Part shown: in pieces, positions 1 to 13,519 of the stretch | How positions within the stretch are numbered: position 1 is the stretch's first letter | Layout: every line of letters starts with the position of its first letter | NCBI RefSeq assembly: GCF_033153115.1 | Contig: NW_026889761.1 | Location: 6,076,001 to 6,140,000 of the forward strand | Reading direction: 5' to 3' | Length of the DNA: 64,000 nucleotides | Origin: Saccostrea echinata | Taxonomy: Eukaryota | The notes under the pieces: generated by a model | What the model saw: only the letters and a program-made list of their open reading frames with translations | Told to the model about the DNA's origin: nothing | Database searches by the model: none | Translations under genes and position numbers: made by a program

Positions 1-19
1 AAAAGTGAATTTCTTTGTG

Positions 20-62
<43 letters not shown>

Positions 63-1453
63 CTATCCGACCCCGACCCCTCCTCCCCCCCCCCCCCAAA
101 AAAAAATACAAGCAATGAATATTTTTTATCTTATAATAAATATTAATAAGAGTGGTCCAAAAAGTGAATTTCTAATAATTTGGACTAAAATTACAAGCAA
201 GGTTGTTAAGATGTGAATTTTAATAAATGAAGACACTCTCTATATAAGATATGCAATCGATGGAGTGGCCAAAGCATCAATTAAAAACCGTATATCGTAA
301 TCAAAATTCTATGCATGCGTGTTAAAAAAAACATGTTGTACTGACATGCACATTGCTATTTTGGAAAAAGACTATATATAAATCATAAGTATCTTTATGG
401 TGCTTCAAATCAGTACAAGATCACGCTCGTTCCATGTCATTCCTTTACGATCTATAAATAACTGTGTCGAAGTACTTTTAAAGAACGCTGACATGTACCA
501 TAATTCGGTCTGAGGAAAAAAATGGAACCTCATTATATTTTACACGTATTATTACTTTTCTTGCTTTTCTATTTTTCCTGCCTAAATAAAAAAAGGACTC
601 AATATCGGTTGCATCTTCTGTGAATATTTTCCTAATTGTAAATATGAGTATTTATAACATTCTCTACGTTGTCTCTTTCATGTATAAAAGGTCTACTCTC
701 TACATCATGCTTGTGCCCCCTGTATGATAATCTCTGATGCCGGTTTGTTTTTTTTTTTATTTCTTTTGGGTTTTTTTCTTGGTTTTTTTTCTGGTCAAGG
801 AATTTTTGTCGGTAGTCCCCCCTCCCCCAATAAAAACAGCTAAAATTGCTTCCTACGGGCCTGACAGTTTTCAACTTCATGAAAATATTTAAATTATTGT
901 CAATTGTCAACTTATAATATCATTTTGCGACACAGATATTTTTTTTCAAAATGATAATTTATAATTGAATGCGAGCATATTAATCATTAAGTTATTTTTT
1001 GAGAGTGCATACAAGTTACATTGAATGCGTAATTTTGTGAGAATATAAATTTAGAATTTCCAAGGTGACAATCATAGCCAAATTTATCATCAACATTCTA
1101 CAATATACATTTGCAATAATAGTTGTCTTAATGTGAATATTGTTTTTTTATGAAAGTGTGTAAAATTAATACGTCAAAATGACACACATTCTTTCAAGTA
1201 TAAATATGAAAATTATCTATGCCAGGAAAAAAAAATAGCCAGTCTAAGGTAGATTGCATGTAAGGAGGTTACATTTTTCCTGCTTCTAAATATTTTAAAT
1301 AGCTTTTTTTATGGAGTTTTAGATAACATTTGTCAAATTTTCTATAAATGCTTTCTCATGTTCTAATTTTTGAATTATTGAATGAATGTTAATTCAAATA
1401 TTAGGACATGCATGAAAAGTTTAAATTTTTATTTTTTGTGTTTTGCTATGCAT

Positions 1454-1491
<38 letters not shown>

Positions 1492-1568
1492 GACACATTT
1501 AACTTGTCGAAAGTTCTTTTATTACAATAAAAAGGAAAGGAGGAAACGTTTTAAAAAACAAAAAACAT

Positions 1569-1633
<65 letters not shown>

Positions 1634-3336
1634 ATATTTATATGAAGTTGTGCATACAGATTTGAATCACAGAATTATAAAATTTACTACACGTTATGGA
1701 CATAAATAAAAGCGATACATGTGGTGTACGGCTACAATCACCGTTATCAATGGTAAACGTCTATAAATTCATCAAGACGCGTTCCATTGTAGCGACGTAT
1801 CTTTTAAGCTGATTATCAGTAAATGTACTGACATGAGAGAACGATGAAAACCAGCCGCTTTATACACGGATATTTTGAAATAGTGCCGTCTGTAAATCAA
1901 TTTGTAATCGGACATTGTTATTAAGGCATTGTAACTCATCCTTAGTGCCAATCTGAAGAGAGCAAACTTAACCATATTGCACCAAGCCTGTCTACCCGAC
2001 TGGATAGATACAAGGGCTGCAAGGACGAGGCAAATACAAAGGCTGTGGAGTTCTGAATCTTCAATGAGAGCAAATACTGTGGTATGTTTTTGTACTTTCT
2101 TATATTTTAATTAGTTAACTTGTAACCTTTTTCGAGAGTTGTTCTGCGTTGTGCATTTTATACTGTTTTTCGCAACTCTGCAACAGAGTATCAATCGCTT
2201 CTTTTTCTCCTCAACAGATTATCAGATCATATAATGCCATTCTTTATGTGAATTAGATTATTTATCAAAATCGAAAATTGCAAAAATTGCTCCGATATCG
2301 TTTGTATGAAACAAAAATAGACACAGCCACTGGGATTTTATTGTATCTTTTGAAACAGTGTAAATACGCATGATGCTCGCAATAGTAAAATTTTCACTGA
2401 AACTAAAAAAAAGAAAAAAAAGAAATACTAGTAGTTGATATTTGTTGCTATTTTACCTCTGAATTTTTTTCTGTATAAAAATATGACGAATATATCTGCT
2501 TTTTTTTTCTAAATAGTCCCTACATTGTACCGTGGAATAGTTTTTGAGCTATTTGCCCATGGGGTGAATTTAAAAAAAAATGATTAGACGCATATAATAA
2601 TTAGCAACCTGCATTAAAAAAAATCAGGCTATGTGAATAAAACTCAGCTCAGTGTCTTTTGATATTGACAAAATGTCTGCCAAATATCTCATTGATATCT
2701 CATTGATATCTTGACCTCAGTTGCTAACAGTGTTAATCCCATTTTGTAACATGTCTATATACTTTTTTTATCCTCATATTTTAAGCTAGTTTTACAACAT
2801 TACTAGGGAATACTTTGTCATATAAAGCCAAGTTTAAACAAATTTATGCTTTTTAACCATGAAGTATTGGACTATATTTCATTACAGCTTGATGTTGCCA
2901 GAAATTTATGAATTTTTTTTGTGTTCTGTGGCTTTAAAGCTTACTTCAAACACTGTTTAATAATTATCAATGAACTTCATCTCTCTTTGCTTCAAAATAA
3001 ATTGCAGAAAATGCTTGATACTTTTGGTCGTTGAAAAAATTATTAAGTCAATTCACAGAATAAGTTTCATCACTTGAAATATACTTTTAACAATTACATA
3101 TGTTTGTATAAGTACAATAAACATATTTTGAAGTCAAGAAAATAAGACAACATTTCCCTAAGTGGGAAATGACAAACTGCTCTACAAAATTTGAATGAGA
3201 TAGTCTGTGTCAAAATTTTTTAAACAAAGTTTAATAAAACATACTAGATGTCAGAAATACAAGAAAATAAGGTATAATAGGACCACTTTAAAATCTATTA
3301 TTTTTAATAAGAAAAATTACTTTATCAAACTTCTTT

Positions 3337-3369
<33 letters not shown>

Positions 3370-3916
3370 GCTTTGACTTGAAGAATTGACTAAATTCATG
3401 AAAAGTAATTTTTGGGAAATATATTGCATCATATTTCTTTCCCATTAAAACTTTTCAAATCAAAACTGAGACAATATATGTTAAATTACAACCAAAATCC
3501 TTTTTTTTCACATATACATGTATATACATAAGAAGAAATTCAATCAAGGTTTAGATCTAATAATTTACATCCCTGACACAAGTCTCAAAGATAAAAAAAA
3601 ACAAAAACAAAAAAAACTACAATGTCTTTCGATTATGTATATCAGGGAGTCTTTAAGAATGTAGTAATATTTCCTTTTTTCAAACGAATTTTAATTGATA
3701 ACAAATCTGAAACTTTTTTATGCATTTGTCAATTTCATTGTCATTTTGGAGATTTTAACTAGAATGTATATACAACATGATGTTTTAATCGAAAAATATG
3801 CTAAGGTAAGTTGCATTTTTCAAAAAAATTCAATTTGCTGGTCATTATTTTTTATTTCACCCCATGGTGAAATAGTCACTGAACTATTCACCACCAACAT
3901 TTAATTTCCTTCGCGT

Positions 3917-4200
3917 CGCCCGCGCGGTGCAGTGGTTAGAGCGTCTGCTCTGGAGTAAGGAATTGATCCTTACGTCATTGGTTCGAATCCCACTGTCGGA
4001 CGTAGAGACTGTTTCTTCGGATGAGACCGTATAAGCCGAGGTCCCGTGTCGCAGTAGGTACTGGCACGAAAAAGATCCCTCACTGCTCAATGGACCTAAG
4101 TGCCGAGTATAGATCAAAATTTGCAGCTCTCCACCGGCAAGTGGTGGCGTCTCCATATGAGTGAAAAATTCTCGAGAGGGACGTTAAACAATAAATAAAC
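3917..4200 (+). mobile_element. tRNA-derived SINE (resembles bivalve Meta-domain SINEs), full length
   Basis: A box GGTGCAGTGGTTAGAGC, B box GGTTCGAATCC, (AAAC/AAAT)n tail. 14-bp TSD with one mismatch (3903-3916 / 4201-4214). Second copy at 16436. Confidence 0.85.
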
Positions 4201-4310
4201 AATTTCTTTCGCGTTATATCTCGGAACTCATCTGGTTTTATCCAAAACATGATGTGATACAAGTAAAATCTGCTTCGGTATAATAAAACATTTACTGACC
4301 ACTCGGACAA

Positions 4311-4400
4311 CAGCAAGTTTATTGTCCCCCTTGACAGCAAATCTTTCCATCGGCTGCTCTTCGGGAAATAGTTGCTTTCTTGGGGGACAATAAACTTGCT
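4311..4400. repeat. Palindromic MITE-like hairpin
   Basis: AGCAAGTTTATTGTCCCCC ... GGGGGACAATAAACTTGCT inverted arms. Confidence 0.6.
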
Positions 4401-4934
4401 ATTGTCGTCATAGCTAATAAATTGGTGTATAGAATTGCACGAAAACAATGTAAAGCTGATGCTTGTTTACCATTGTTTGTAGGGAACAGTTGTCCGAAGT
4501 TTTCTTTTGTATAAATTTAGAAATTAAAGTTTAGACTTCCCCATGTTAATTGTCTTCACAAATATTTTTCTTTGTAAATTGTCGGTGCGTTAGATTTTGC
4601 TTCATCATTGTTAGACAGGTAAAATGCATGTTTTATCACAAAGTTTAATGATCATGTACTTTATGAACTTATGTCCTGTTTTATGTTCTATTTTATGAGT
4701 CGATGCTTGTTTTCTCCTTACTATTTCTCTTTCTAAAATATCAAGAGGTTAGCTAGAGAAAAAAAACAATAGTTTACACATAAAGAAAATTTGTTCAATT
4801 TAAAACTGGTCTCATGAAGTATGGTTCAATTTTTTTGAATTCTTTATGTCAGGAGTCCGAGAAACACTGGATGCATGATCGTACGAAGTCTACATTGATA
4901 CTCTCACTCACAATACAGGACTAGGATCCCGAAT

Positions 4935-7167
4935 ATGTCTCTTAAAATTCCTTTGCTTGTCATCTTTGTCTGCGGTGCCTGGCAATGCCGGGCATATCCA
5001 TCTGGGGCACCCGGGTGTAAACCAAACAGCTTACCGGTATCTGAGTACGATTTCATTCCATCTCACGGAAGTACTGTAGACGACCAGAACCTCCCGTATT
5101 ATGTAAATGCAACAAATTCTGGAAAAGAGTGGACAGGTTTGACATTTTTATTTGCCTATTTAATTTTAATGTTACATGTAGATATAATGTATGATATAAA
5201 TATTTCATTTTAATTGAAAATAATAATAAAAAAAAGAATTAAAAATTGAATAGATGTATAAAATTACATGATTTAAGATTGATCATTGTTTGTTATCATC
5301 AACTTCTTCATGTATGTGTTTCTTTTACTCCAAATTTTTTTTTTTTTTTTTTTAGTTTTTTTTATTTCCTTTTAATAAAATCCTCTATGATTAAATGAAA
5401 TAAATAAAATATGCAATTCTATTTTGTGTCACACAGTGGTGATCTGGGCTGAAAATAGTTATTTTAAAGGACTTCTCTTACGTGTCATACCACTGAATTC
5501 CTCTAATACAGTGACAGGAACTTACGTCACAATGCCTTCTGATACCAGAAACTGTTCCGATTCTGTAAGTGTCTCTAAAATGTTTTCAAGGTAACTTTTC
5601 CTTTTGTGCGAGATAATTTGTTTTTTAGCGAACATTAACTTAAGGGAAACTTAATGGAATCTTAAACATTTAACTGTTTGTAATGTAGAATCCACTTTTA
5701 ACACAAACATTTGATCCGCAATGACTTAGTATCTCCGTGAAGTCTGTTAAACAATACGATATCCAGTAGGTAGAATTCTCCAAAACAAGATATAAAAACT
5801 CAAATTCGCTGTCCATTCTAAGTAGTAGATCGGTGATATTGTACTTTTTAGTCATGAGCATCATGCTAATGATTTGCAATTAACTTATATCCATTTAGAG
5901 TGATCACATACAAGCTTTTCATTTATTTCCCATATACATGTACATGTAACTTGAAAAAGAGTCCAAGGATTTGACGAAAATGGTCAAATCTGTATGAATA
6001 TTCATAAGGTAAATTCAAAACAAAGATCACTCAATATTTTATTTTTCATATATAAGAAATATTTACTGAGGTTCCTGGTAAAATTTATTTCCAGCAAAGT
6101 AAATGAAAATACTTAGAGAAAATGTTTTTTGACAAGAAAAACCGGCGCAAGTTATAATTTTAATTCATTCATTTGACATGAAGACAACCAAATGAAACTC
6201 TTTGGAAATAAAGATAAATATTATATTCAATTATATATAAAAAAAAAAAAAAAAATCATCTCTCATGAGGTAAGAAATAATTGAAAAGTATTAGGGAAAA
6301 AGATTTCTATTTTAATCTGTCCTTGAATGTGCATGAAACGAGTTTCAAAGACAAGTTATAGTGAAGTACAGTAAAAGCAACATCTAAATTAGATTTTATT
6401 TTGTTAATTATTTTATTATTTTCATTTTAAAACCAATCAATTTTCTTAAGGATGCCACACACACTAATGCTGATACTAACCACACGTCATTGATGTTTGT
6501 ATGGAGACAGAGTGATGCCATGACAGGAGATGTTTATTTCAAGTAATGATATACCGCTATTATCTTATAATCAATAACATCTATAAGGGATATCTGCATT
6601 CTTTTTAGAATTATTTAGTATAATAAATAATGTAATCTGAATAGATAAAAGTCGTAGTATTCTACAGAAAGTTTTTTTTTTCTTTTTATAGTTTTTTAAT
6701 CAATTTCAATCATAAACAAGGTCATGTTTACAAATGGAACGTGCTTTATTTCAGAGCTACTATTGTGCACACTAAATCTACAAATTATAAAATAACAGCT
6801 TCGTCAGTACCAAATCCGGGAACTACAGTCACACCTTCAGCCTCAACACAGACAGCGATAACAATGGTATATTCATTAGAATTGCTAGCATTTTCTCTCG
6901 TAAACATGATGGAATTTATTCTGGAAGACCTCTATTCTAAGAGAAAATGCCGACATAAAATATTCCATTCTTTTTTCATTATTTCAAACAGTAAATATTT
7001 CCAATTTTTGATTGGTAACTATATTTTCCTCATTAAAAAATCTTTGTTTTGATCAGAGATTTTCTAAAGAGGAGAGCAAGTATATTAGATTTGAAGTATA
7101 TTATTGATTTGAAAATTTTAAGAATAGTTTTGACAAAATTTGGACTGTTGATTTCAATTATGATTAA

Positions 7168-7212
<45 letters not shown>

Positions 7213-10200
7213 CAAAATAAAAATCCATAAATCTTTATTTATGAAAGAGGAATTTCAGTATTTCTCACGGGTTTATAGATTTTGATGATTTTGGTACGAA
7301 ATGCATACCTAAATCATTTTTATAAATTCTTTAATTAAAACGCGATTCTGGTAAAATAAACTCCAATACATTTTGAAAATGTATATCATTACGATACCCA
7401 AACTCACGTCATGATTTCTGTCCGCAGTCATGCATTACAATACCCCTACTTATTCCATTTCTGTCCGCAGTCATTACAATACTCTCTACTTATTCCATTC
7501 GGCGTCTCCATATGAGTGAAAAATTCTCGAGAGGGACGTTAAACAACATACAAACAAACAAACAAAACTTATTCCATGATTTCTATCTGCAGTCATTACG
7601 ATACCCCTCCTTATTCCATGATTTCAGTCTACTGCTCCTCAATCCGGCATATCCCCTGATCCAGAGTGTGGGAGTACCAAAGGTTGTCTATCAAGCTGCA
7701 GTGGAGGGGCGTGTTCTTACCTCATCACGTGGCAAAAGCGAGGGGATTTAGTGAGATTTGAATTAATGATCATGTCATCTGAAAACAGATATCAAGCCAT
7801 TGGATTTTCTAGTGATAATAAAATGGTTAGTTTGTCTCAAAAATGATCCATAAAACCAGAAAATCTTTAACATTTCAATTGACGCTTTGTCTTTATTTTA
7901 TAAATCTTTTAGCCCGTGGTTTGAATTTCAGGTGCTTTACTTCTGGTAATCGTAATAATTTATATACTTTTGTTAAGGGCGGCGATAGCGTGATGGTGTG
8001 TAAATCATACGGCGGAACAGTGACGTTTGAATTAGGACATACTGTTGGTACAACATACTCCAACTTACCAAGTGTTTGTATTAAACATTCTTATGAACTT
8101 TATTGCTTTATTGTACAAGTAATAAGTTCTAACATAATTATATACGTTTGGTATTCTCATATACATGTACATGTATATTGATAAAAACCACTTTAGAAGA
8201 ATTTAATTTCCTATTTGACTGACTGATTAACCCCTGAAACTTTATAGGAACGTAATGCTTATTAACAAGAAAGACAGTAATTTTAAATGTAAAGATATCA
8301 ACTTGATTTTTAAATGGGGGAGAGAGAAAGAAATAGAAAACCCTGTCTGGTTAAAGCTTCATTTTTGAATGGTTATTAATAATATAGTAGACGTTGACAG
8401 TCATTCCAGAAATGGTTGCTTTGTTTCATCGGAAATTCTGAATTAAAATTTGAACAATAAAATGCTTTCTTTGGTTGTTAGTACGTGAATTAATGTCGCA
8501 GCTGTTGCAGAATACATAACCCACGTAAGCGGGTTATGTGAATTTTTTTTCTGCAATAGCTGCGACGTTAATTCCCGTACTAACAAAGAAAGAAAGACAT
8601 CTTATTGTTTATATTTATATCTTTTCAAAAAAACATTCAAAGTAAGCCGTTGCTTACGAAATCTATGCAGGTGGCTTGCTTAGCGTTGTTTATGGACTGA
8701 TTAACGGGCAATGGTTTTTATAAGAAATAAAGGCAATAATATTCAGTGGATGTAAATATGATGCAAATAAATCCAAAATTGCGAGGCCTTGGAGTTTATT
8801 CAAAATTTTCATTAACTTTACAAATTTAATTAAAAAAATATAACATTGCCAAGCTTTACCTTATTTGTATACAATAATAGTTGACAGGGACGGGTGTCAA
8901 TGTCTTGGAATCCTCGCAAACAGATGGGAGGGTGAGATGTGTCATAGAGCGTACCATAAATAGTACTAACTCCTATGTGTTTAGTTTAACACGAAGCTGG
9001 CACCTGTTGAGAGCTATAGGACCTCTGCCAGGTGAGAATTTTGTACAAGTCAGAATAACTAAAGCAAAAAATCTATTAAAAGAAATGTATGAAATATCTA
9101 ACCACATATTCTGAATCACATAAGATATAAAAAATCAATGCTATATCAAAATTTTGCAATTTAAGAATTTCAAAACTATCTATAAGAATCTAGATTGTTG
9201 TAGATAGTTTTGCTTTCTTAAATTAATACAAAACTTTAATGAAGCATCGACACTTGGTGTCCGTGGCCATTGTTAGACTATTCAAACTTTCTGGAAAAGA
9301 AGAGCTCCATTAAAATAGAGAAAATTGCAATAAGTATCATAGCTTCAAATGTTTTTTTTTCTTCCCTAGATAATAGTTAATAGCTACAAAAAATCATATT
9401 TCATATATTTTTGGGGAGGATCTGTTTGGTGATTTGTTAAACTCCACCCTCAACGTAACAACAAAACAATAGTAATGTTTAAGAATAAAGAATAATTGCT
9501 GTGTGGTTTTTCTACTTTTCATAAATAAATCATTGAGATATGAATATAATTCGACCAATACTTTAACTATAAATGATGACATTAATAAATCAATCACGAT
9601 TGTATCATAGGTGGCGCTGTAACCTATCATAGTACACGCACTGCCAGCAGTTCCCAAGTTGACTTCCTGTCGGCGTCTCTTATCACGGAGGAACAGCCGG
9701 ATAATCTTATGGTCAAAATACATGGTAATGTTTTCTGGTTAGTTCTAGTTTGTTTTGTTCTTTACTTTTTATGTGATTTTTTATAATAAGATGTCGAGCG
9801 AATATCCTCATTAAACCCTCTATATTTACACTCACTTAGGATCCTTCATGATGATTGCCTGGGTGATGTTCTCCAGCATTGGAATAGTAACAGCAAGGTT
9901 CTTTAAGGACGGATGGGAGGGCAAGACTCTTATGGGACAAAAAGTGTGGTTCCAGGTGAAGCGATCATGTATTTCAGCAAACCAACAACAGAGGGTTATC
10001 GATTTGTTTTGGGTTTTTTTCAATTCCTTTATGCTTACTTTAATATATTCTCTTGATCTAGATTCATCGCACGAGTATGGTTTCTGTATTTCTCTTCACG
10101 GTGTCAGCTTTTGTGGTTATATTTGTGGATGTTGGAGAATACAGAGAGGTCGGTATTATAACATTCAGATTAAAGATGACATCATATTTCCAATTACATA

Positions 10201-11834
10201 TATAAGCCTCATGCATGTATGTTTGTATAAGAATCGATTCGTGCAAAACCAACTTCGAATCCTTGAAGAATTTAGTCGTTACAAATCATTAACTGATAAA
10301 TCTAAAGTTGTTATTTGGTTGACAGGTTGTAGTAGCGGATGACAGAGATTACCTTAAGTATCATCCAATACTGGGCATCGTTGTAACCAGTCTTACAGTC
10401 ATCAATGTAAGATAAATAGATACTTAACAGATACAAATCTAGGATCTTTGATGAATTGTTGCCTTAAAGAGAACATGAAGATGTTAATTTTTAAAATACG
10501 GTACTCTTTTCAGCCAATCATGTCACTCTTTCGATGTGCACCAACAGATAAAAAGCGACCATTATTTAATGTTGCTCACTTCCTTGTGGGAACAGGTGCA
10601 CATATTCTAGCAGGTACTTGGATTTTGATAGAAAAATGTAAATAAAAACGAAATATAATTGGTGTATAAAGCTTTAATTTGTAACGTACAATATGAGTCA
10701 ATGCTGTACATGGGGTTAATTCAGAATAATAAAGCTTTTCTTCGTTGTAGGTCGACATACTGCGAAAACCAGCTATACCTAATTACTAACATAAGCTTTG
10801 TACAAATGCATATACATGTGTATATATAACCGTGATACCATATTGTTGTGACATTTTATTTCAGCCATCACAGTTTTATTCGGCATGAACATAGATAGAT
10901 CTAACCTTCCAGTTGAGGCTTCATACGTCATGTATGCTTACATGGCTGTTTTTGTTGTCATAGAGATCACCTTTGAACTTCATAGAGTATGTCAAAAAGG
11001 TCTTAATTCTAGTAAGTATATGTAAAATATGCACATCTGATGTTAGGTTTGTGGAAATCTACAGGTTGGAAAATAAGAGTTTAAAATGCCGAAAGATTTA
11101 AAGTCTTATGATAATCACTACGAAACTGACATAAAGTTTGGAAACATTTTACGAAATTATGATTCAAGTTTATTCAATTTTTTAACCTATTTTCTCTTTC
11201 TGAAGAATCTTAAAATAATCATGACAACAATCGTGGAATTACATGCAATCATCGTTGAATGTCAATCCAATTTGATTTTTTTTATTTTGGGGGATAAGAA
11301 AAGACCAAGTTTTGCTCATCATTTAAAATTTTCAGTAATAAAAATTGCAACCCATTCTAGGAATCCATCATCCAGCAGCTTTCAATGCCAAAGCCTTGTG
11401 TCCTGTTAAATAAATCTGATATTTTTTGTTTATCGTGGGACTGAAAAGAGGTCAAATGTTTGAAATATATTTCTATGAGATGCTCATTTATTTAGACAAC
11501 CATGTTGCCATGGAAATGAAAAATTTTGGTGACAAGAGCGAAAAAAGCATTCAGTTTGAAGAAAGTCCGGTATGTATAAAAAGAAAATCCTCCACCATTT
11601 GAATGCTGTGAATATTTATTCGATAAGTACATTGTGTAACATGTACATTTTTTTGTGATTAAATCTAACATGTTTTAATCGTGTTCCCTATTACGTTTGA
11701 ATAAAAAGGATGACGATATAATATTATATTTTATTTCATCTTAGATGATTAAAAAAGAAGTGTTCCTATATTTCCACATGTTGCTGATGGTCGCATTCTG
11801 TGTTTCCATGGTGGTCATTTTGATAACATCCTAG
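4935..11834 (+). CDS. FRRS1: Ferric-chelate reductase 1-like (signal peptide-Reeler-DOMON-cytochrome b561), 15 coding exons, ~595 aa
   Basis: Manually spliced GT-AG exons in consistent phase: 4935-5136, 5437-5564, 6451-6542, 6755-6866, 7628-7825, 7978-8073, 8881-9031, 9611-9724, 9840-9955, 10062-10148, 10326-10406, 10514-10613, 10865-11011, 11496-11569, 11745-11834. Motifs: AYPSGAP and ATH..W..GDVYFKATIV (Reeler); CGSTKGC and AIGFSSDNKMGGDSVMVC (DOMON); KIHGSFMMIAW, WFQIHR, HPILG, RPLFNVAHFLVG (four heme His of b561). Confidence 0.9.
7501..7567 (+). mobile_element. 5'-truncated 3' end of the same SINE, in FRRS1 intron 4
   Basis: Matches 4147-4200; flanked by CTTATTCCAT direct repeats. Confidence 0.75.
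8453..8611. repeat. Palindromic MITE-like element
   Basis: GTTAGTACGTGAATTAATGTCGCAGCTGTTGCAGAA ... TTCTGCAATAGCTGCGACGTTAATTCCCGTACTAAC, with central ATAACCC..GGGTTAT hairpin. Confidence 0.65.
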
Positions 11835-13006
11835 GGACCACTTCAACGTGTCGTTTGATTCTAGGAAGCATTGCGACACGTACTTATTGGAGTGACACAC
11901 AGAGAGGGAGTGATGTTTATGACACCGTAACAGAGAGGGCCCTTCTTCCTATCTTCATACATTACATCTTTTCTTTATAGTGACAACTATTTTTTTCTTT
12001 TTTTATACTGATATTGTTTGACGGGTATTTTGTGTTATACAAGAAAACTGTCCTGAAGTTAATACACCATACGAAATATTAACTGTGTACTTTTGTATAA
12101 ATATTTATATATCATACATGTATATATAAGATCACTGCTGTATGGAACCCTTTCCTAGATTAGCAATCATGGCTAAAGTTTGTGTTTTATTGCATGTATT
12201 GGCATTTCAGTGATGGAAAACAGTTAGTCTATAAATACATGTACTTGAATATCAACGTATCGTGTATTGTCATCGACATATTTGATTATTTGATTAATTC
12301 CTGCCTTGATTATATGTAGCCACTACTGGGAACCATAGATTTCCTCCCCGTCTGTCCGTCTGTCTGTTTATTCCTCTGTCTGTTAGTTAGACCGTCCCAC
12401 TTTGTTTTCCACACTTTTTAACAAGTTTTAGATAAGGAGTTTGCTTTTGGTATGTGAGTGTGCCTGGATGAGAAACAGAGCAAGTTTGTAATAATATTTC
12501 GAGGAATTACAGCATTTTAAATTTCACAGGGGAACCAGTTCACACTTGGCGGTAGGGGACTAGTATTGTTAATTTATTACTCGAAGAGTCTATTACTTAA
12601 CCAGTCAGGCAGTTCGGAAAAACAAATTCCGGTATGACTCTAGATTATGTAATTGGAGAGGGAAGGCCTAACCCGATTGAATTGAATTACCTAATAGTTT
12701 ATGTGTTTTTCATATAGATGTTATAAAATCCTTTTTAGTCTAGGTATCATTAAGTAAGGCAATTATTTAAACTTAGGAAAGGAAACTGCTTATATAATTT
12801 TAAAAAAGCACAAATATAAATTAATGGAATGGAATTAAGAATATTAAAGAATGAATTAATATAGCTAAAAAAAAAAACCCAAAACCCTGTCCGCATCCAC
12901 CAATCAACAAAGGAATCTAAAAATTAAAAAATAACAATAACCCCAATTAATCTCACCTCCGAAAACTAAACTAAGGCAGTTTAGAACTTGGTTATCAATT
13001 TCAAGC

Positions 13007-13072
<66 letters not shown>

Positions 13073-13519
13073 GAGTCCATTTGTTTCTTTTTGGCATGTT
13101 GTATCATCTTTGGAAAAAAACGAGGGGAGGAGGGGAAGAAAACAAAGACAACTTGCTTAAAATAACTTTGACAAACCAACAAAAGAAAAAAAGAGGGGGG
13201 GGGGGGAACTCGAAAATCTTTTGTTGTGTGGACGTGTGTGTGGGGGGGGGGGGGGGTTAAGGTTAAGACGTTAAGACTTCTTTCACAGCAAAATAATATT
13301 TATACTTATTCATACACATTTGCCTAGTTTGTCTATGCCAAAAAAAGTGTTGAGCTAGGCAGCTTTTCAACGAACATTTTAAACAGTAAAAGGATGTGTC
13401 CCCTCCCCGCCCCGTGAAATTACGACCCTGTACATGTATTTATTAAGGAAATGGAACAAAAATACTAGTACATCTGATTTACACATGAAATAAACATAAA
13501 ATATAAGTGAAAGTAACGG

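Noticed and set aside
1985-2081. Possible non-coding first exon of FRRS1
   Set aside because: Only a GC-richer patch ending in GTG|GTATGT; cannot be supported without transcripts.
3917-4000. tRNA gene
   Set aside because: No clean cloverleaf; continues into a SINE body with tail and TSD.
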